From positions 19,037 to 68,917 of the forward strand of contig NMRA01000327.1 of the NCBI GenBank assembly GCA_002633005.1: a DNA stretch of 49,881 nt, in the 5' to 3' direction. This stretch comes from Phoronis australis (Eukaryota; Animalia; Phoronida). Shown here piece after piece: positions 25,501 to 34,646 of the stretch (within the stretch, counting starts at the first letter, position 1; every line of letters begins with the position of its first letter). The notes beneath the pieces are model-generated. The model saw only the letters and a program-made list of their open reading frames with translations. It was not told the DNA's origin and ran no database searches. The position numbers and the translations under genes were made by a program.

Positions 25501-25700
25501 ATCTGGTCTTCAAGAAATTCTGTTGTCTTTAGTTGCCAATTCCAAGCACATTTAACAGTTAAAAGCATGGTTTCTTGCAGGAACAGTTGCTTGAATTAAA
25601 ACAAGAGCAACTGCGAATCAACGCCAGGGAGCAACGAGCTAAAAGTGCCAAGTCTCAGCAGTCGGTTCAGAAGGACAGTAAAATATGCGTACTCTCATGA
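1409..25700 (+). CDS. NEK8/NEK9-family Ser/Thr kinase gene (29 coding exons, 4140 nt CDS, ~1379 aa): DUF4347-like domain + kinase + RCC1 repeats + coiled coil + CaaX
   Basis: All introns GT-AG with consistent phases, and summed exon length is divisible by 3. Kinase motifs [43 protein letters not shown]1 motifs VYSWGxGxxGQLGHG. The N-lobe resembles NEK9 ([14 protein letters not shown]) and the C-lobe resembles NEK8 ([21 protein letters not shown]), so the exact orthologue is not assigned. An upstream exon is possible (acceptor at ~1399). Confidence 0.92.
2043..2192 (+). CDS. NEK8/9-like exon 2 (DUF4347-like, [11 protein letters not shown]...)
   Basis: ttttgcAG acceptor, GTGTGT donor, phase 1-1. 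Confidence 0.8.
2719..3076 (+). CDS. NEK8/9-like exon 3 (DUF4347-like)
   Basis: ctttacAG acceptor, GTGAGT donor, open 119-codon frame. Confidence 0.85.
3770..3870 (+). CDS. NEK8/9-like exon 4 (start of kinase, FEKIRTVGK)
   Basis: tttccAG / GTACTA, phase 2-1. Confidence 0.9.
4501..4616 (+). CDS. NEK8/9-like exon 5 ([24 protein letters not shown])
   Basis: Gly-rich loop and catalytic Lys; cttcAG / GTAAGA. Confidence 0.95.
4780..5700 (-). mobile_element. Degenerate Helentron/HINE-like element with ~150-bp internal repeats
   Basis: Reverse complement of 5640-5700 resembles 40995-41060 (ataagagcaa...tgcaccgca.atg); recurring ccctgttggc motif; boundaries approximate. Confidence 0.45.
6029..6132 (+). 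CDS. NEK8/9-like exon 6 ([19 protein letters not shown]...MEYADG)
   Basis: Kinase subdomains IV-V; ttttcAG / GTAATC. Confidence 0.95.
6988..7107 (+). CDS. NEK8/9-like exon 7 (NLAQFL...IHEHNILH)
   Basis: Kinase subdomain VIa; tttcAG / GTAAAG. Confidence 0.95.
7175..7701. repeat. 45-bp minisatellite, ~12 copies (NEK intron 7)
   Basis: Unit ttgaatgaatgtgaaccatagtttagctgaataatgtgaagtaca. Confidence 0.95.
7771..7912 (+). CDS. NEK8/9-like exon 8 (RDLKTANIF...DFG...[10 protein letters not shown])
   Basis: Catalytic and activation loops; ttttcAG / GTATGT. Confidence 0.97.
8158..8286 (+). CDS. NEK8/9-like exon 9 ([17 protein letters not shown])
   Basis: Kinase subdomain IX; ttgcAG / GTAAGG. Confidence 0.96.
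8482..8607 (+). CDS. NEK8/9-like exon 10 (GQFAPVKG...[11 protein letters not shown])
   Basis: Kinase subdomain XI; atgcAG / GTGAGC. Confidence 0.93.
8605..8798. repeat. ~20-bp degenerate minisatellite starting at the exon-10 donor
   Basis: Unit gaggtgagcgtgtcctgtgt, ~9-10 copies. Confidence 0.85.
9852..9940 (+). CDS. NEK8/9-like exon 11 (linker)
   Basis: tttcAG / GTAGAT, phase 0-2 bridges neighbours. Confidence 0.8.
10051..10623. mobile_element. Degenerate foldback/MITE-like element
   Basis: Imperfect inverted repeat aaggccttcccgggttatacag vs ctgtgtaatccgggttggcctt; true ends unclear. Confidence 0.4.
11225..11303 (+). CDS. NEK8/9-like exon 12 (RSVLYY...LPPKIKIRQ)
   Basis: cttccAG / GTACAA, phase 2-0; start of RCC1 region. 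Confidence 0.85.
11536..12940. mobile_element. Non-autonomous Tc1/mariner-pogo-type DNA transposon (TA TSD, ~25-bp TIRs) carrying a decayed HIRAN-like ORF
   Basis: ta|CCGTATTCGCCCTAATAAGCACCCA ... TGGGCGCTTATTAGGGCGAATACAG|ta. Confidence 0.85.
12525..12793 (+). pseudogene. Decayed HIRAN-like domain ORF inside transposon
   Basis: Across a stop and frameshifts: [62 protein letters not shown]. Confidence 0.65.
13006..13160 (+). CDS. NEK8/9-like exon 13 (RCC1 repeat)
   Basis: [16 protein letters not shown]; tttgcAG / GTGAGC. Confidence 0.95.
13589..13729 (+). CDS. NEK8/9-like exon 14 (RCC1 repeat)
   Basis: ACCGDGFS...GCLGHGD; ttccAG / GTATGT. Confidence 0.95.
13740..13944 (+). repeat. Degenerate duplicate of the 3' part of NEK exon 14 with internal 14-bp expansion (gtgttcaactgtca x ~10)
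   Basis: acaaagagctgcttgggtcat..gactggtgttc and actgctagacctagactggttgaggcatt mirror 13660-13725. Confidence 0.9.
14361..14483 (+). CDS. NEK8/9-like exon 15 (RCC1 repeat)
   Basis: VDCGKEH...[15 protein letters not shown]; ttgcAG / GTGAGT. Confidence 0.95.
15030..15216 (+). CDS. NEK8/9-like exon 16 (RCC1 repeat)
   Basis: VCCGDDGT...[12 protein letters not shown]; catcAG / GTAACA. Confidence 0.93.
15355..15520. repeat. Degenerate ~33-bp minisatellite, ~5 copies
   Basis: Recurring atttttcatct...ctgaaataa. Confidence 0.6.
15607..15705. repeat. Inverted repeat (25-bp arms, ~49-bp spacer), MITE remnant
   Basis: gcacgtcatctgttggccacatcac / gtgatgtggccaacagatggcgtgc. Confidence 0.75.
16318..16536 (+). 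CDS. NEK8/9-like exon 17 (RCC1 repeat)
   Basis: [25 protein letters not shown]; ttttAG / GTAAGT. Confidence 0.95.
16757..17012 (+). CDS. NEK8/9-like exon 18 (RCC1 end + Ser-rich linker)
   Basis: [10 protein letters not shown]...ELMFWG; ttcaAG / GTAAGT. Confidence 0.88.
17530..17679 (+). CDS. NEK8/9-like exon 19
   Basis: ccacAG / GTAAGT, phase 1-1 (skippable in frame). Confidence 0.75.
18398..18614. repeat. ~26-30-bp minisatellite with a higher-order duplication; continues at 20131-20203
   Basis: Unit agacaccatacagaactggagtacac; split by a transposon insertion. Confidence 0.88.
18825..19282 (+). pseudogene. Frameshifted DDE_Tnp_4 (ISL2EU/Harbinger-type) transposase C-terminal fragment
   Basis: [59 protein letters not shown]../[12 protein letters not shown]. 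Confidence 0.88.
19636..19704. repeat. Near-perfect hairpin (31-bp arms, 7-nt loop)
   Basis: gaactaagtgactcacgaaaacaatcttaag / cctaagattgttttcgtgagtcactaagttc. Confidence 0.9.
20215..20299 (+). CDS. NEK8/9-like exon 20
   Basis: ttgcAG / GTAAGT, phase 1-2. Confidence 0.78.
20788..20928 (+). CDS. NEK8/9-like exon 21 ([10 protein letters not shown]...RRRRSRRK)
   Basis: tgacAG / GTAAGC, phase 2-2; basic cluster. Confidence 0.82.
20929..21045. repeat. Degenerate ~27-34-bp repeat starting at the exon-21 donor
   Basis: gtaagYagggg..gtgactgacttcatt repeated; extra GTAAGT at 20963 and 21016. Confidence 0.8.
21235..21355 (+). CDS. NEK8/9-like exon 22
   Basis: cttacAG / GTGAGT, phase 2-0. Confidence 0.82.
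21763..21954 (+). CDS. NEK8/9-like exon 23 (IPAWIQQEL motif)
   Basis: ttctgaAG / GTAAAT, phase 0-0. Confidence 0.8.
22181..22269 (+). CDS. NEK8/9-like exon 24
   Basis: ttactAG / GTAAGT, phase 0-2. Confidence 0.75.
22554..22724 (+). CDS. NEK8/9-like exon 25
   Basis: tgccAG / GTGTGT, phase 2-2; donor less certain. Confidence 0.68.
23487..23586 (+). CDS. NEK8/9-like exon 26 ([18 protein letters not shown])
   Basis: gttgcAG / GTAGAC, phase 2-0. Confidence 0.78.
24160..24279 (+). CDS. NEK8/9-like exon 27 (coiled coil)
   Basis: [21 protein letters not shown]; tttcAG / GTTAGG. Confidence 0.85.
24607..24711 (+). CDS. NEK8/9-like exon 28 (coiled coil)
   Basis: [17 protein letters not shown]; ttttAG / GTAAAT; duplicate in-frame donor at 24751. 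Confidence 0.85.
24696..24791. repeat. 39-bp tandem repeat spanning the exon-28 donor (~2.5 copies)
   Basis: tgtcattgacctgcaggtaaatac repeated at 39-bp spacing. Confidence 0.9.
24861..24882. repeat. (AT)n microsatellite
   Basis: atatatat run. Confidence 0.9.
25581..25700 (+). CDS. NEK8/9-like terminal exon 29 (coiled coil, ...[10 protein letters not shown])
   Basis: cttgcAG acceptor, phase 0, TGA at 25698-25700; ends in CaaX. Confidence 0.85.
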   Translation, partial: EQLLELKQEQLRINAREQRAKSAKSQQSVQKDSKICVLS

Positions 25701-27861
25701 CATATTGCAGCACTGCATTGCTTGGTGCTGAGAAGAACAATAATATCATTGCAGTCTTTATGCAATGGAACAACAGATAATCAAAACTGTGGATCTAATC
25801 AAATTAACATTTTTGCAACTACAATAAAGAGAATTACTGGTTAAAAAGTTAATGAATCTCATTTTGACTTAAACTACATTGTGGTATACAATGGATGAGT
25901 AATTATATTACTTTGCACTATTTTTTTAACCCTAGCATTTTAGCTATATGTTTGAGTCTGAACTCAAAATCTCAAGTTTTGCTCAAATTTGAAACTCGAA
26001 TGAAGAGTTAGCAAGTGCCACCTTGGACTAGAAACGCATATGCTTAAATAATACACGGAATAATGGATACTTATCTTGATTCCATACGTTTGTAGAACGG
26101 GAAATGTCGAAGATCATTTCAAATTCGATTTCAAGCTCAAACATTGGACACAAGCCCTGGTGTTTTACATTAGTCTCTGTCAGGTTGCTTATTAAACAAT
26201 GTGTAGTTTTGCCAGCACATAGGTGAAACAAGACTTCTGATGAGACTCATTTGTTACAATTTCAGTTATTGCATGTTTTTGTTATGATTGATTGATTGAC
26301 TGGTTTCATTGGTCAACATGTACAATGCAGGAGGTTAAAAAATGTCATTGTGACATAACACAAAAGTCCAAAACCATTTAAACAGATTGAAATGATTAAG
26401 ACATCATACTGTGAAAGATTCACACAGAAAAAAATAAATATCTGCAGTGAGCCTGGGAAAAACTGTATGAGAAATAATTGACGTGGGCTTGATTGGTTGG
26501 CTTAATATTACATTTTAGTAAATGATTGGTTCTTTAATCAAGAGAAATGTGTGTGGTGCTTTAGACTTAATCATTTTACACCATGGGTGCATGGCTGCCA
26601 AAAACAGTTTGTAAAGTTTTGAAATGTAATAGTGAGTACAAATTAAATTTTGTGGTCATGCAAGTTTCAGACTTTCCTTCCACTTTCTTGTTTCAGGGTA
26701 GGTGCACTAGTGTGTTGTTTAACAGCTAGCCACTAAGTGTGCACAAGTTTTGTGATATGTTTACAAACTGATGTTTAATGATTCAGTTTATATGAGATTC
26801 ATAATTGGGTGATTTGATGTTGTCATGGTGATGACAAAAGAATTGTGATTTTTCTACTTTATGGCAAGTGCTTGGACTTGAAATTTGCGTTGTAGCTATT
26901 GTTACGTTTTAAAAAACGAGTTAGTTGAAATACTATCAGTTGAAACTAGAAGATAAAGAGAGAAGAATTCATCTCAAATTTTATTTGTAGTGTCAGATTT
27001 TCTCAAGAGTTAGCTGTGGAGCTGCAGCCTGTAGTGATCGTTTTACAGTTTATGATTATTGGAATACCTGTTATCTGTTCTCCAGAACAGTGCAAATGCA
27101 AGTGAGTGCTTGTTTTTATTGGGTCAGTTTCACTCTGTTCTGAATGACCAGCAGCCCACAATGTGATATGGCCAGTTGTCTGTAAAAAGGTCAATGTGTA
27201 GTAAGCTGCAATGTCTGTCCACATATTTGCCATATGTCGCAAAATAGCATTTTCCTTCGATGGTAACCTAATAATTGTTTACTGCATTGGTGTTATACAA
27301 GTTCATTGCAATGTTACATGATTTATTCTTGTGCATGTTTTTAAAGTTTGTCACTGTTGATTACACTGAATAAGTTACAAGTTTCTACTAATAAGTTTTT
27401 TTTTTATTGTAAACCAGTAACCAGCATAATGAAAAATGACACTTCAACAAATTATATCTCAGTAAACTTGTAAATAATCCAAGCTCATAAATATGAAGCC
27501 TATAATTAAGAAATTATATTACTTTCCAAATTCAATTGAGAAAGCATTACACATTTGAAATGTGAAATATAATAAACAAGCCGTGGCAATATAGTCTATA
27601 GTGATTGCATAGCCAATATCTATGCATACAACTTGTTTGAAGATAACACACACAAAAACATTTTTTAATTATAATCTGAAATTCACTGTTCTGCCATCTT
27701 GTGTTCTAAATTGAAGACACTTAACTCAGGCTTGGAATTTCACTCCAACCGGTAATTTAATTGCTTACTTAAGTGTAATTAAATTGGCTATAATCCCATC
27801 TGTCAACAGTTAACTTCTTCAGGAACGTGTTTACCGGTATATCTGCTTTAACAATCTTATG

Positions 27862-28045
27862 CCATCTCCAGATATACCAAAGTGTGAGGGAGTAGTACTT
27901 GTACTTTGCATCATATAAATCCATCTCCAGATATACCAAAGTGTGAGGGAGTAGTACTTGTACTTCGCATCATATAAATCCATCTCCAGATATACCAAAG
28001 TGTGAGGGAGTAGTACTTGTACTTCGCATCATATAAATCCATCTC
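27862..28045. repeat. 59-bp tandem repeat, 3 copies, between the two stop codons
   Basis: ccatctccagatataccaaagtgtgagggagtagtacttgtactt.gcatcatataaat at 27862, 27921, 27980. Confidence 0.95.
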
Positions 28046-29407
28046 AGTGTTTGGGGTTGACTTTTGTTCATTCAGAATACACTCTCACAGAACTATGTTT
28101 ATAACAACTAAAAGGAACACGGCCACTAGTAAATGCATCACTGCACTTCATGTAATACCTTTCAAACGTTGATGTTTGAGTGAAATTAGTATCACATTAC
28201 AGTAAATCTGATACAAGTTTTGATTCATCCGGCTGTAAATACTGGTATTTAAAAAATCAACTATTTGATTTTTTGTTTTCACTAAAAATAGGCAGGTGGC
28301 CTAGTGCCTTCTGCGTAAGACAGTTGGACCCACTGACCAGGTGACACTGAGTCTCCTTCCCACTAAATATAACTTGTGTATCACGCGACTGCTAACACCA
28401 TGACAAGCACCAATTATGAACTAGATACACATGATATACCAGTCCACAGGAAGACAGAAGATCATAATGCAATGTTTCTCTTTCAAGCACACACCTCAAA
28501 ATCACTTCCATGTTACATCTCAACTCTTAATCATGCTAGACATCCAGTTGCCAATAAAATAGAGTTTCAAGGAAATAAAAACGCATTGAATGTCATTCTC
28601 AGTTGTCTACTAGTATAATCACAATGTTTGAATTAGGATTTCTCACAAGAGCAGAGATCAAAACACTAACAACATTGTCTAATAACCCACAACTTGATTG
28701 TTCCTCCAAAAGTAAAAACAACTCCACCACAAATTTAACAAGTTTGCTGACGAGTACCCTTATCTCACCAACTAATAGTCATTCTTCACTTTATTCATGC
28801 TGCAAATTCTAAGTCATTGCACACAACTGACATAACACTCTGAGTTCCACATGTGGTCAGTCGCCATGAAGGGGAGTTATGAGTACTTTTGTGATTGCTG
28901 TTGGTGTGTAATGTAAGATGTCCACTAGTTTGATATGAGGAACAGTTATCATTGAGCACTTAAGCAATAAAAATAGGATAGACTAATACAATAAAAAATG
29001 TTAAATATTTCAAGAAATAATTAAGCACAAGCTCCAAGATATGAGCACAGCAGTAACCAATAATTGCAAAAAGAATAATTCTATGAAATGAAAACGAAGT
29101 ACAAGTTTGAGAATTAAAGCACTCATTTAAATTTGACCTAGTATGCAATTGTCTTAAACAGGTAGTTCCTTTACCATTAATATCTCTCACACAAGTAAGA
29201 TCCAAATGCCATGCCCGATTCTTAAGCTTTGTTATTCGCCACAGGTGTCAGTCAGCAGTCTTTCATACCTTAGATCACGGAAGAGCACTGCTTAGTCAAT
29301 ATAAACTGATATCGCAAAATCTGCTGCTTGCATGGCATGTGACACACGCTGTTTTTAACAGCAAATATGTAGCTTATGATGCTTTAAACAGCATATTACT
29401 TCCCTCC

Positions 29408-29566
29408 TCAAATGTTGGAGATGGGGAGATCTTGATTGATACAGTAAGCTGGGAAAGTGCCTTGTCTCAGGGTGTCCCTGTCCAGGTGTCCCACCAAATA
29501 GCCTGGGGCAGAACTCCTGCCTGTTACCTTGACAATGTCGCCCCTGTGTAGAGTCAGGTTCTCAGA
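29408..29566 (-). CDS. PSTPIP1: PSTPIP-like terminal exon 13 (SH3)
   Basis: SENLTLHRGDIVKV...GTFPAYCI; ttttcAG, TGA at 29410-29408. Confidence 0.87.
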   Translation of the reverse strand, partial: SENLTLHRGDIVKVTGRSSAPGYLVGHLDRDTLRQGTFPAYCINQDLPISNI

Positions 29567-32500
29567 CTGAAAATAAAGACATGTCTTAAAACACAACATC
29601 ATGAAAAAACAATAAGTATCAAAATTGTAATGAAACAAACAAGTTCACTTGAAGAACAGCATTCTTCTCCTCCAAAACCAAATTGAATTAAATAATGAGC
29701 TCACTGTAAAACTTATTACCTTAAATCACAACAGCAGACATCTGACATACAACTGTCTAGGAACAGACATCTGACAAACAGCCCTACAACAGCGGACATC
29801 TGACATGCAGTTCTACAGCAAAAGACACATGGCATACAACCCTACAGCAGCAGGCATCTGACATTCAGCCCAACAGCAAGAGACATCTGACATGCAACCC
29901 TACAGCAACAGACATCTGACATTCAGCCCAACAGCAAGAGACATCTGACATGCAACCCTACAGCAAGAGACATCTGACATACAACCCTACAGCAGCCCAT
30001 ATCAGACATACAGCCTTGCAGCAGCAATTTGACATTCAGCCCTACAGCAACAGACACCTAGCATACAACCCTACATCAGTGGACATCTGACATACAACCC
30101 TACAGTAGCAGACATCTGGCACACAATTGTACAGCAGCGGACATTATTTTAATTGTATATTGTGCCACAAGAATATGCCCACTCAAAGTTTTTGAGTTAA
30201 CGCCCATTTCATGCATTTCAGTGTGCATTTTAATCTTTAAATATGAAACAGCAGTGACACCTGTTGACAAAATATAAACCAAGAATCATCTGTGCATTTT
30301 TCTTGTGCTGGTAACAGCAGCTCTGATGACTCATTGTATAGAATTTTAAGCTAGACATTAAGATGATATGATAAACTTCATAGCAGGAATTTGACTTGAG
30401 ATCACCAAAAGCACAGTGCACTCATTGTTCAACCAATGTCTGTATAATTGTTTGCTAAGCTACTTGGCTGTTTTCGTAAATTTAGACGGAAAAGTCTTGG
30501 TCCACGTAGTTTTTTAATAAAAAAGCTCACTACTGGGGGTTTCTTTTGTAAACTTAGATGTAAAAGCCTTCAAGCTGGTCTATGCATTTTTGTAAAGAAG
30601 CTCACTGTGTGTGGGGGGATTGCTGGTGAACAGTGGTGGGGGGTGGGGGTAACGCGTTGCCAGAATCATACTTGCCCTGGAATATTGGAAAACCCATTTT
30701 GGACACCCTATTTTTGAAATCCTGGATGAAGCCCTACATACAGCCCTACAGCAGCAGATATTGACATACAACCCTACAGCAGCAGACACCTGACATACAA
30801 CCCTACAGCAGCAGACATCTGGCATAAAACCCTAGAGCAGCAGACATCTGACACAAGGCCATACACTAACTGACATCTGACAACCAACCCAACAGCAGCA
30901 GACATCTGGCAGACGGCCATACACTAACTGACATCTGACAACCAACCCTAGAGCAGCAGACATATGGTACATGGCCATACACGTCTAGCTGACGTCTGAC
31001 AACCAACCCTACAAAGTACAAAAAGCATGAAAAACACCTTGACAAGACTTGAAAAGATGTCGAAGGCAGAACAAAGTTTTCTTTACTGACACATATTTTT
31101 GCACCATAGGCATCTGAATATGCCACTGTGTAACAGTGATAAATTATCAAGAGCCAGCAAATGACTACAACCACTAGCATGCAAACTTGTAACTCAAATG
31201 TAAAATCCCACTACTTAAAATCTACATCCATGTCAAATGTTAACTGTTTAGCACACAAAATTTACCATTTCCCAGCGCTTTCTGGGCTTAACTCTTACTA
31301 ATTATTGTACAATGTATTTTTCATATTAACAAACAATAAAAAATTCAAGCTACTGTGATGGTGAATTATGCTCGCCTTCAGCTGCCATGACAGTAGATTA
31401 CAAGTCATTTTGACTGTTTATTTTCGGCACGTAGTGCAGGTCGTGTTTGTCTGATATAAAAACAGGTTTTACTCACTGAACTTCCCCGAAAGTCTTCAAT
31501 GACCTTATGTAGGTCACCGTCATTTGTGTCATCTTGTACACTGGCGTATATACCGTCAACATCATCATCAACTCTTAGATCTGCAAAATTTATTAACAAA
31601 AATGCTGTATTACTGCCTTTATCAAATGGTTATTAACTGATTCACACGAAATTTCATGTTAGGTCTCAGTTTTAGAAGAATTTTCAATCTCATTCATCCT
31701 TTCTTTCTAAGATTATCTAGGACCTTAATAAATGATTTCAAGTCTAAGTCAAATATTTAAAAAAACTATGCTTTGTCAACCATTAAAAGTAATTTTCTGA
31801 AAGGAGAAAGATCGAGGAAGCATATTTTAGAATCCTCAATCTTTCTTTTTTCAGAAAATATATGCATTTAATGGTTGACCAAGCATCATGATAGTTTTTT
31901 GATGTTTGACTTAGAGATGAGGTCGTTAATTAAGGTAATAGAAAATGTAAGTTAATTAAATGCTTTATGACTAGTTGAAAACTGTCCAATGATCTGATAC
32001 TTCACATAATAATTTGGAAATAAATAAAAGTTAATCAAGCACTACCTTGAACTGTTACGAGTGAATGTAGCTTATCTTCAATTCTTTTGAAACAAGATCT
32101 TCTGGCTTTCATTGTCTGACAAAAGACACTTTAATGGGGGAAAGCTGATACTTTTGTGATTTGTTTTCTATTAAAAATACATTTCCTCAATTAGCTTAGT
32201 TGCACTGATGTGTTACTGAGTTTGCTCATGCAATCAAAGTGAATGCAACAAGGAGGATTAATGGTTGGGCCAAGTACATCACCATCACTTTATCATTGTG
32301 GGGCTAAGTACATCACTTCATCACATCAATGTTGGGCCAAGTACACCGTCCACTTCATCACTTTATCATTGTTGGGCCACGTACATCACTTTATCACATT
32401 ATCAATGTTTATTTTATTTTTGGACTTTTGCAAGGCGTATGATACAATAAAATGGGACTTTATTTTTCAAGCTTTGAAGGCTTTTAATTTTGGACTAGGT

Positions 32501-34610
32501 TTTACACGATGGGTAGAAATAATCTATAACAAACCAACAGTTTGTGTTGTCAATAATGGTTTTACAACAGATTATTTTCATTTAGAAAGGGGTGTAAGAC
32601 AGGGTGATTCATTGTCGGGTCCATTATTTTGCCTAGCTGTTGAAGTTATGGCCAATTGTATACAAGAGTGTAATTCAATTACAGGCATAAGTGCTGAGAA
32701 AACTGAAGTTAAAATTCTCCAATATGCAGATGACACTACCTTATTTCTTTATGACAAAAATTCTGGCATGAATTGTCTCAAATTTTTAGAACATTTTGGT
32801 TTACTCTCTGGTCTCCAGCTAAATATTAAGAAATGTGAAGGGTTATATTTAGGTCGAGAAAAAGAGTGTTCTGAACCACTTTATGGTTTCAAGAGTCTGG
32901 GAATATTTTTTAGTCATAACAAAAAAGAAAATGATTTTTTAAATCTTAAATTCAAAATTAAGTCCTTTAAAAAGTCTCTTGACATCTTGAAAAGTCGCAA
33001 TATTTCATTGTTAGGAATGATCAATGTAATTAAAACTTTTGCCCTGTCTAAAATAATTTATGTGATGAGCAATTTAGGAATTGACAACGAACATAGAACT
33101 AAGATAAATACTATGATAAAAAATTTTTGTTTGGCAAAATAAACCACCTAGAATTAAAAAAAATGTGGCATACCCATGAAAATGGTGGTTTGTTAGTTCC
33201 TGATATAAAAAATTATGTACAAGTCATTATTAGTTAAGTGGGTTATGCATTGCTTAGATGGAAACAATTGAAATTTTCAAAGTGTTTCCAGGGTATGTTT
33301 TTAAAACATATGGAGGTATTTTGATATTTAAATCGAATTATGATCATTGTAAATTGCTGTCTCTTGCAAATATTGAGACCTTCTATCTTGACATCTTGAT
33401 TGCTTGGGAAGAAATTAGTGCTCATTTACATAAGGACATAACAATTGTAAACCAAGTAGTGTGGAATAACAAAAACATATTGATTAATAGGAGGACTGTA
33501 TTCTTTAATAGTTTCTTTGAGGCTGGTATTACTTTTGTGAAGGTTCCTTTGAATTTTGAAAATAAATTTCTGACATGGGAGGTTTTGAAAAATAGATAAT
33601 AAGCTTTCAAATTGGATTCATTATGCTGCTTTGAGACATGCGATTAAGTTGAAAGCTGATCCTTCGATTTCAAAATGCATACATCCCCAGTCAAGCCAAA
33701 TTACTAATGTGTTTTCAAGAAATATATTGCTTTCCAAAATTGTTTTGCCTCCTCACATTTACTCTAGAAAACGAAGTAAACAAATTTATGTTCTTCCACA
33801 CAAACTCTTGTTACCTCCTTATGCTAAAACCTTTAAGTACTTCTATATTCATAGAAAAGTGTTTACAAAACTTATTTTGAAAAAGATGAACTTAAGTCAG
33901 TGATGACATGTGTGCATCTTGTGGAACTGTTGAGACTTTTAACCATATGTTTGTGGAACTGTTGAGACTTTTAACCATATGTTTGTGGAACTGTTGAGAC
34001 TTTTAACCATATGTTTGTGGAACTGTTGAGACTTTTAACCATATGTTTGTGGAACTGTTGAGACTTTTAACCATATGTTTGTGGAACTGTTGAGACTTTT
34101 AACCATATGTTTGTGGAACTGTTGAGACTTTTAACCATGTGTTTGTGGAATGTGGTTCTGTGAAAACTTTGTGGTGTGAAATTCAGAAACTTTTAATTTA
34201 CGTAACTGCACAACACGATTTAGATAGAAATGTTATTTTGACAGCATATTTTGGATGTAATTTTGAAGATATCAATACCATATTAACTATTCGCCAGTAT
34301 TTCATCCATAAATGATCTAGAAACCAGATTATTCCTAGATATTCACAATTTCAATGTTTCTTGTACAATTATTGTAAAGTAAGGAATATACAACCCCACA
34401 AAACTGCCTTTTGGGAAACCATCAATGCCTATTTATTTTAGACCAACCGTGAATTTCTACTATTTAGATATGTGTGTGCGTGTGTTTGTGCCTGTGTTTC
34501 ATTTGCAAAGATCTTATTGTTTGTAAATATTAGTGTATTTAGAAATAAAATGTATTAAAAAAATCAATGCTGGTGTGGATCAGGGCATAATATATTATCC
34601 ACTAATATAT

Positions 34611-34646
<36 letters not shown>

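Noticed and set aside
32046-32115. Candidate extra PSTPIP exon (TMKARRSCFKRIEDKLHSLVTVQ)
   Set aside because: Open only in phase 0, while flanking exons need phase 1, where it has a stop; exons 11 and 12 join cleanly.
32243-32407. N-terminal part of the 299-aa RT ORF as a genuine start
   Set aside because: It is flanking minisatellite that happens to be in frame; the LINE is 5'-truncated and frameshifted, so not an intact gene.
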